A stretch of DNA of 64,000 nt from the NCBI GenBank assembly GCA_964199315.1, contig OZ116699.1:30504001-30568000 (forward strand). Direction: 5' to 3'. The DNA comes from Orbicella franksi. Taxonomy: Eukaryota. Both the position numbers and the translations under genes were made by a program. The notes under the pieces were generated by a model that saw nothing but the letters and a program-made list of their open reading frames with translations, searched no databases and was not told the DNA's origin. Shown piece by piece: positions 61,101 to 64,000 of the stretch (its first letter is position 1; every line of letters begins with the position of its first letter).

Positions 61101-61643
61101 ACACTCAGCCGACTATCGACCGACTGTTGATTGGGTGTTGATCGAGTGTCGACCGAGTATCGATTGGGATGTTGACCGAGTATCGATCGGGATATCGATC
61201 TAGTACCAATTGCTCAAGATGTCGATGGAGGGTATCGATCGAAGGTCGATCGGAGGTCGATCGGGACATGATCCGGACCAGCTAGGGCTTAGCTTAGTTC
61301 GGTTCCAAGGCCAGCCGTTTTAAAAAACAAGAAATCATTGGTAAGATAAAGGTAAAAGGGTAGTTTTAGAGACATAAGCCAATTTGAACTTTTTAAATTG
61401 AGCTTATCATAAGCTTTTATTGCTACTGGAGGGCTGAGCGCGCCCGCAAATAAAGGAAGTGAAAGCCAACAGTTTTACACTATAAACGTCCACAATTACC
61501 TGCATTAGAAGCCTAACACATGTCAGTGGTTGGGTTGCTGTGGTCATAAATGCCGTCAGAACAAGGGCACCAGCAGTAGTGCCTTCATTATCCAGCAGAT
61601 CCTCGAAGCTTTGACCATTGCCATTCTCGTTTGCAGCCGCCAT
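52860..61643 (-). CDS. MTCH2: Mitochondrial carrier homolog 2 (MTCH2-like outer membrane insertase), 14 exons, 314 aa
   Basis: Exons on the - strand: 61643-61500, 60241-60157, 59745-59688, 59572-59524, 59046-58993, 57616-57581, 56931-56874, 56692-56641, 56093-56034, 55676-55583, 55224-55177, 54580-54513, 53794-53719, 52922-52860. Total 945 nt, in phase. Motifs [88 protein letters not shown]. Exons 5 and 6 are less certain. Confidence 0.9.
53222..53603. mobile_element. pogo/Tigger-like MITE
   Basis: TA-CAGTCAACTCTCG ... CGAGAGTTGCCTG-TA. Confidence 0.7.
54053..54332 (+). mobile_element. tRNA-derived SINE copy
   Basis: Same head and body as 45408-45700, more diverged. Confidence 0.75.
54850..55153 (+). 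mobile_element. L2/CR1-type LINE 3' fragment with (CTGT)n/(CTAT)n tail
   Basis: Encodes the remnant [30 protein letters not shown], typical of an L2/CR1 ORF2 end, followed by AATAAA and a microsatellite at 55096-55153. Confidence 0.75.
57795..58107 (-). mobile_element. tRNA-derived SINE copy (reverse)
   Basis: The reverse complement matches 45408-45700 from head to tail. Confidence 0.8.
59086..59273. mobile_element. pogo/Tigger-like MITE
   Basis: TA-CAGTGGAACCCC ... GGGGTTCCACTG-TA, perfect 12-bp TIR. Confidence 0.85.
60902..61274. mobile_element. Second copy of the GGATCATG-TIR MITE (MTCH2 intron 1)
   Basis: AGATCATGCATGTACTAAAGGCATC ... GACATGATCC, TSD GGACGAGC/GGACCAGC (7 of 8), interior rich in TCGATCG. 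Confidence 0.75.
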
Positions 61644-61921
61644 ATTGAAGTTGCTCTTCTGCACGAATGTGAGGTTGGATTGTGCGACAATTATTCCCAG
61701 TGAGGGCGGGGTAAGAAAATTACACAGGATATTTAAAAACTCAATTTGTGATTTGTTTTATCGCTTTTAATCCAAAATGCGTTAAAAATATTATCAAGGA
61801 AAATTGCATCACTGTTTGATATGGCGTTTTAAGGTTCAGACTTATTATTTTGGTCTTTCGGTGCTTACATAAGACATCTCACTCCACCCCACACAGACAA
61901 GGACAACGACACCGAAGCAAG
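61644..61921. promoter_or_regulatory. Compact bidirectional promoter between MTCH2 and COPS4
   Basis: 278 bp between the divergent ATGs, GC box GGGCGGGG near 61705, and both starts lie in an AANATGGCGGC (YY1-like) context. Confidence 0.7.
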
Positions 61922-64000
61922 ATGGCGGCGCAAGTAAAGCAAATGTGGAACTCTCTGTCCAGTGCTAGTGGTTCACACAAGGATATTACGGGAAAGTATC
62001 GCGAAATTCTAGAAAAGGTTTTCAAATTCCAAGAGCCTGCTCTTACGGAAGGCCTTAAAACGTTTATCGAGGCTGGTAAGTTCGTAACACGTTTACCTTA
62101 GTTTGCAACTTTGCATGACCACTGAGACGAGAAAAGCAAAATGCCGCTGTAATTAAGTTTTTCCGTAATAGTTCCTTGTGTATTTTAGCCGTAAGATAAT
62201 TAACTGGCCTTTAGTTATATATTGTTCATTGTTTACTGTCCAGCAGAAATTAATTTTTCAACTGGCTTATCCCAAGGGATTGATAAGTTTAGAAGCTTTA
62301 GCTGAAAGAGTGTTCAACTTTTTTTATCTCTTAGGATCATTTAAAAAAGGTGATGAGAGAATTTAGGATTGTTAAATTTTGATACTATTACGGTCGTTCT
62401 TAATAGTTTAAACTTCCATCCATTAAATGAGGAGTTTTTTAAGTTAATTAATCCATTTAAGTCATGAGGTTCGATCCAAACTTCAAATTTTGATTTGGGT
62501 GTAGTGTTAAGCTCACCCCATTTTGGCAGGCTGGGATTCCAAATATCCATAAGAGGTGAATGTCAATCAACATTTCTTTGTTTTTTTTTTTTATTTTCAC
62601 CACTTACCTTTTCAAGGCCCTCAAAATGTCCACAACTTTGTTAACCTTGTTAATTGCAGTGGTACATGAAAGCGTAAGCCTTGTTGTGTCAAGACAGATA
62701 TTAACTGAGCTTTGCAATCATATTCCAAACATGGAGTCCTCCACTGCCAAAGAAGTATCACATTTTGTTCTGGACAAATTGCAACCTAGAGCTATCTCCT
62801 TTGAGGAGCAGGTAAGTGCAGATGGTATGTACAAAGTTCATTTCTGTGCATTTCTGTTGTGGGGAGTAGTTGTGTAGTGGTGAGAGCACTCACCTCCCAC
62901 CAATATGGTCCAGGTTCCATTCTGGCCCAGTGCCACATGTGGATTGAGTTTGTTGTTAGTTCTCACCTTGCTCCGAGGGTTTTTCACCAGGTTCTCAAGT
63001 TTTCCTCTCTCCACAAAAAGTTTTACAACAACTCCAAATTCCACTTTGACCAGGATAGAGTACTCACATGAAATTAAGATATTAAATATAATAAAGGCTG
63101 ATGTGGCTTCCTCTCTATGAATATTGTAATTTATTATTATAATTATTTTTGCAATGCAAAGTTGATTACATTTTAGATTAAAGTTATTCAAATTGATGAA
63201 AAATCTTCCAAATGTCCTGCTACCATGACACAACAAATGTGTGACCCTTACAAGTTATGATTTGAATTGCCTTTAAAGGCCACAGTTGTTTAATTTATTC
63301 TTTACCTGTTATCCAAAACAGATAGCATTTTATTCTGTGTGTACCAAAGGAGCACCCATGAATAAGAGCAGTGTAATGGAATATGTTCTGGACAACTCTT
63401 CCTACTGGTGATAATTTGATATTCTGTAGGTTGCATCAATCCGGAAGCACCTGGCCAAAATCTATGAAGAGTGTCAACAATGGCGAGATGCTGCAAGAGT
63501 GCTTACTGGGATTCCTTTGGAAACAGGACAAAGGTAGTGTGAATTTGAGATCTGTTGTTCTGGGCACGACTTTGCTTTGTGTTATGGTTGTTCAAAACCT
63601 ATGGTATGTAGCTCATTTCTTCATCCCCATTTGTTAGTCTGTTTGAAATTAAGGAACTATTAAAATCTTTACAAAGATGTAGAACAGGACTTTGATTTCT
63701 TACAAATCAAATTCTTATTGCTAGCTTCCTGACTGTCAGACCATTTTGTTATCACTCTTAAAAATTTCTATTTCCCTCACATTTTGCCCAAATTTTGAAC
63801 ACTCTTTAGTCTTGCATGTTGTAGCTGTTCAGAAAGTGATAATTATGTGTCACGTGTATATCATAATTTAGACAATATTCAGTCGACTACAAACTGGAGA
63901 CATACCTGAAGATTGCACAATTGTACCTGGAAGATGAAGACCCTATACAAGCTGAGGCTTACATTAACAGGGCATCACTTCTTCAGACAGATACTAAGAC
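61922..64000 (+). CDS. COPS4: COP9 signalosome subunit 4, partial (first 4 exons; continues past the window)
   Basis: Exons 61922-62075, 62660-62811, 63430-63533, 63872-64000+. Motifs [87 protein letters not shown]. Confidence 0.95.
62861..63072 (+). mobile_element. tRNA-derived SINE of a second family (COPS4 intron 2)
   Basis: Head GGGGAGTAG..GTGTAGTGGTGAGAGCACTCACCTCCCACCAA...GGTTCCATTC and body ATGTGGATTGAGTTTGTTGTT.GTTCTC.CCTTGCTCCGAGGGTTTT. Confidence 0.75.

Overview
Eukaryotic, intron-rich, AT-rich animal genomic DNA. The gene style and repeat families suggest an anthozoan (stony coral-like) genome; this is an inference. Six protein-coding genes were reconstructed by hand with consistent splice phases. 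(1) A Cip/Kip CDK inhibitor (+, 4370-5328, 2 coding exons, 199 aa). (2) An animal-type cryptochrome (-, 22387-10477, 8 exons, 550 aa, one GC-AG intron). (3) A WRN-like RecQ helicase with no exonuclease domain but a C-terminal Ku-binding-type motif (+, 24398-46178, 32 exons, 1013 aa), head-to-head with cry. (4) An intronless stand-alone NHL beta-propeller gene (+, 48282-49115). (5) MTCH2 (-, 61643-52860, 14 exons, 314 aa). (6) COPS4 (+, from 61922, running off the window end), head-to-head with MTCH2. Introns and intergenic DNA are full of MITEs (hAT-, Harbinger-, Tc1/pogo- and Merlin-like), tRNA-derived SINEs, LINE tails and microsatellites. The main leads are: a CDK inhibitor-cry-WRN neighbourhood carrying E-box, D-box-like and E2F motifs; the exonuclease-less WRN; an upstream ORF overlapping the cry start codon; and two diverged intronic repeat copies that keep a pseudoknot-like pairing pattern. 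No prokaryote-type systems, CRISPR arrays, rRNA or intact tRNA genes were seen. All motif and family calls are by eye; no searches were run.
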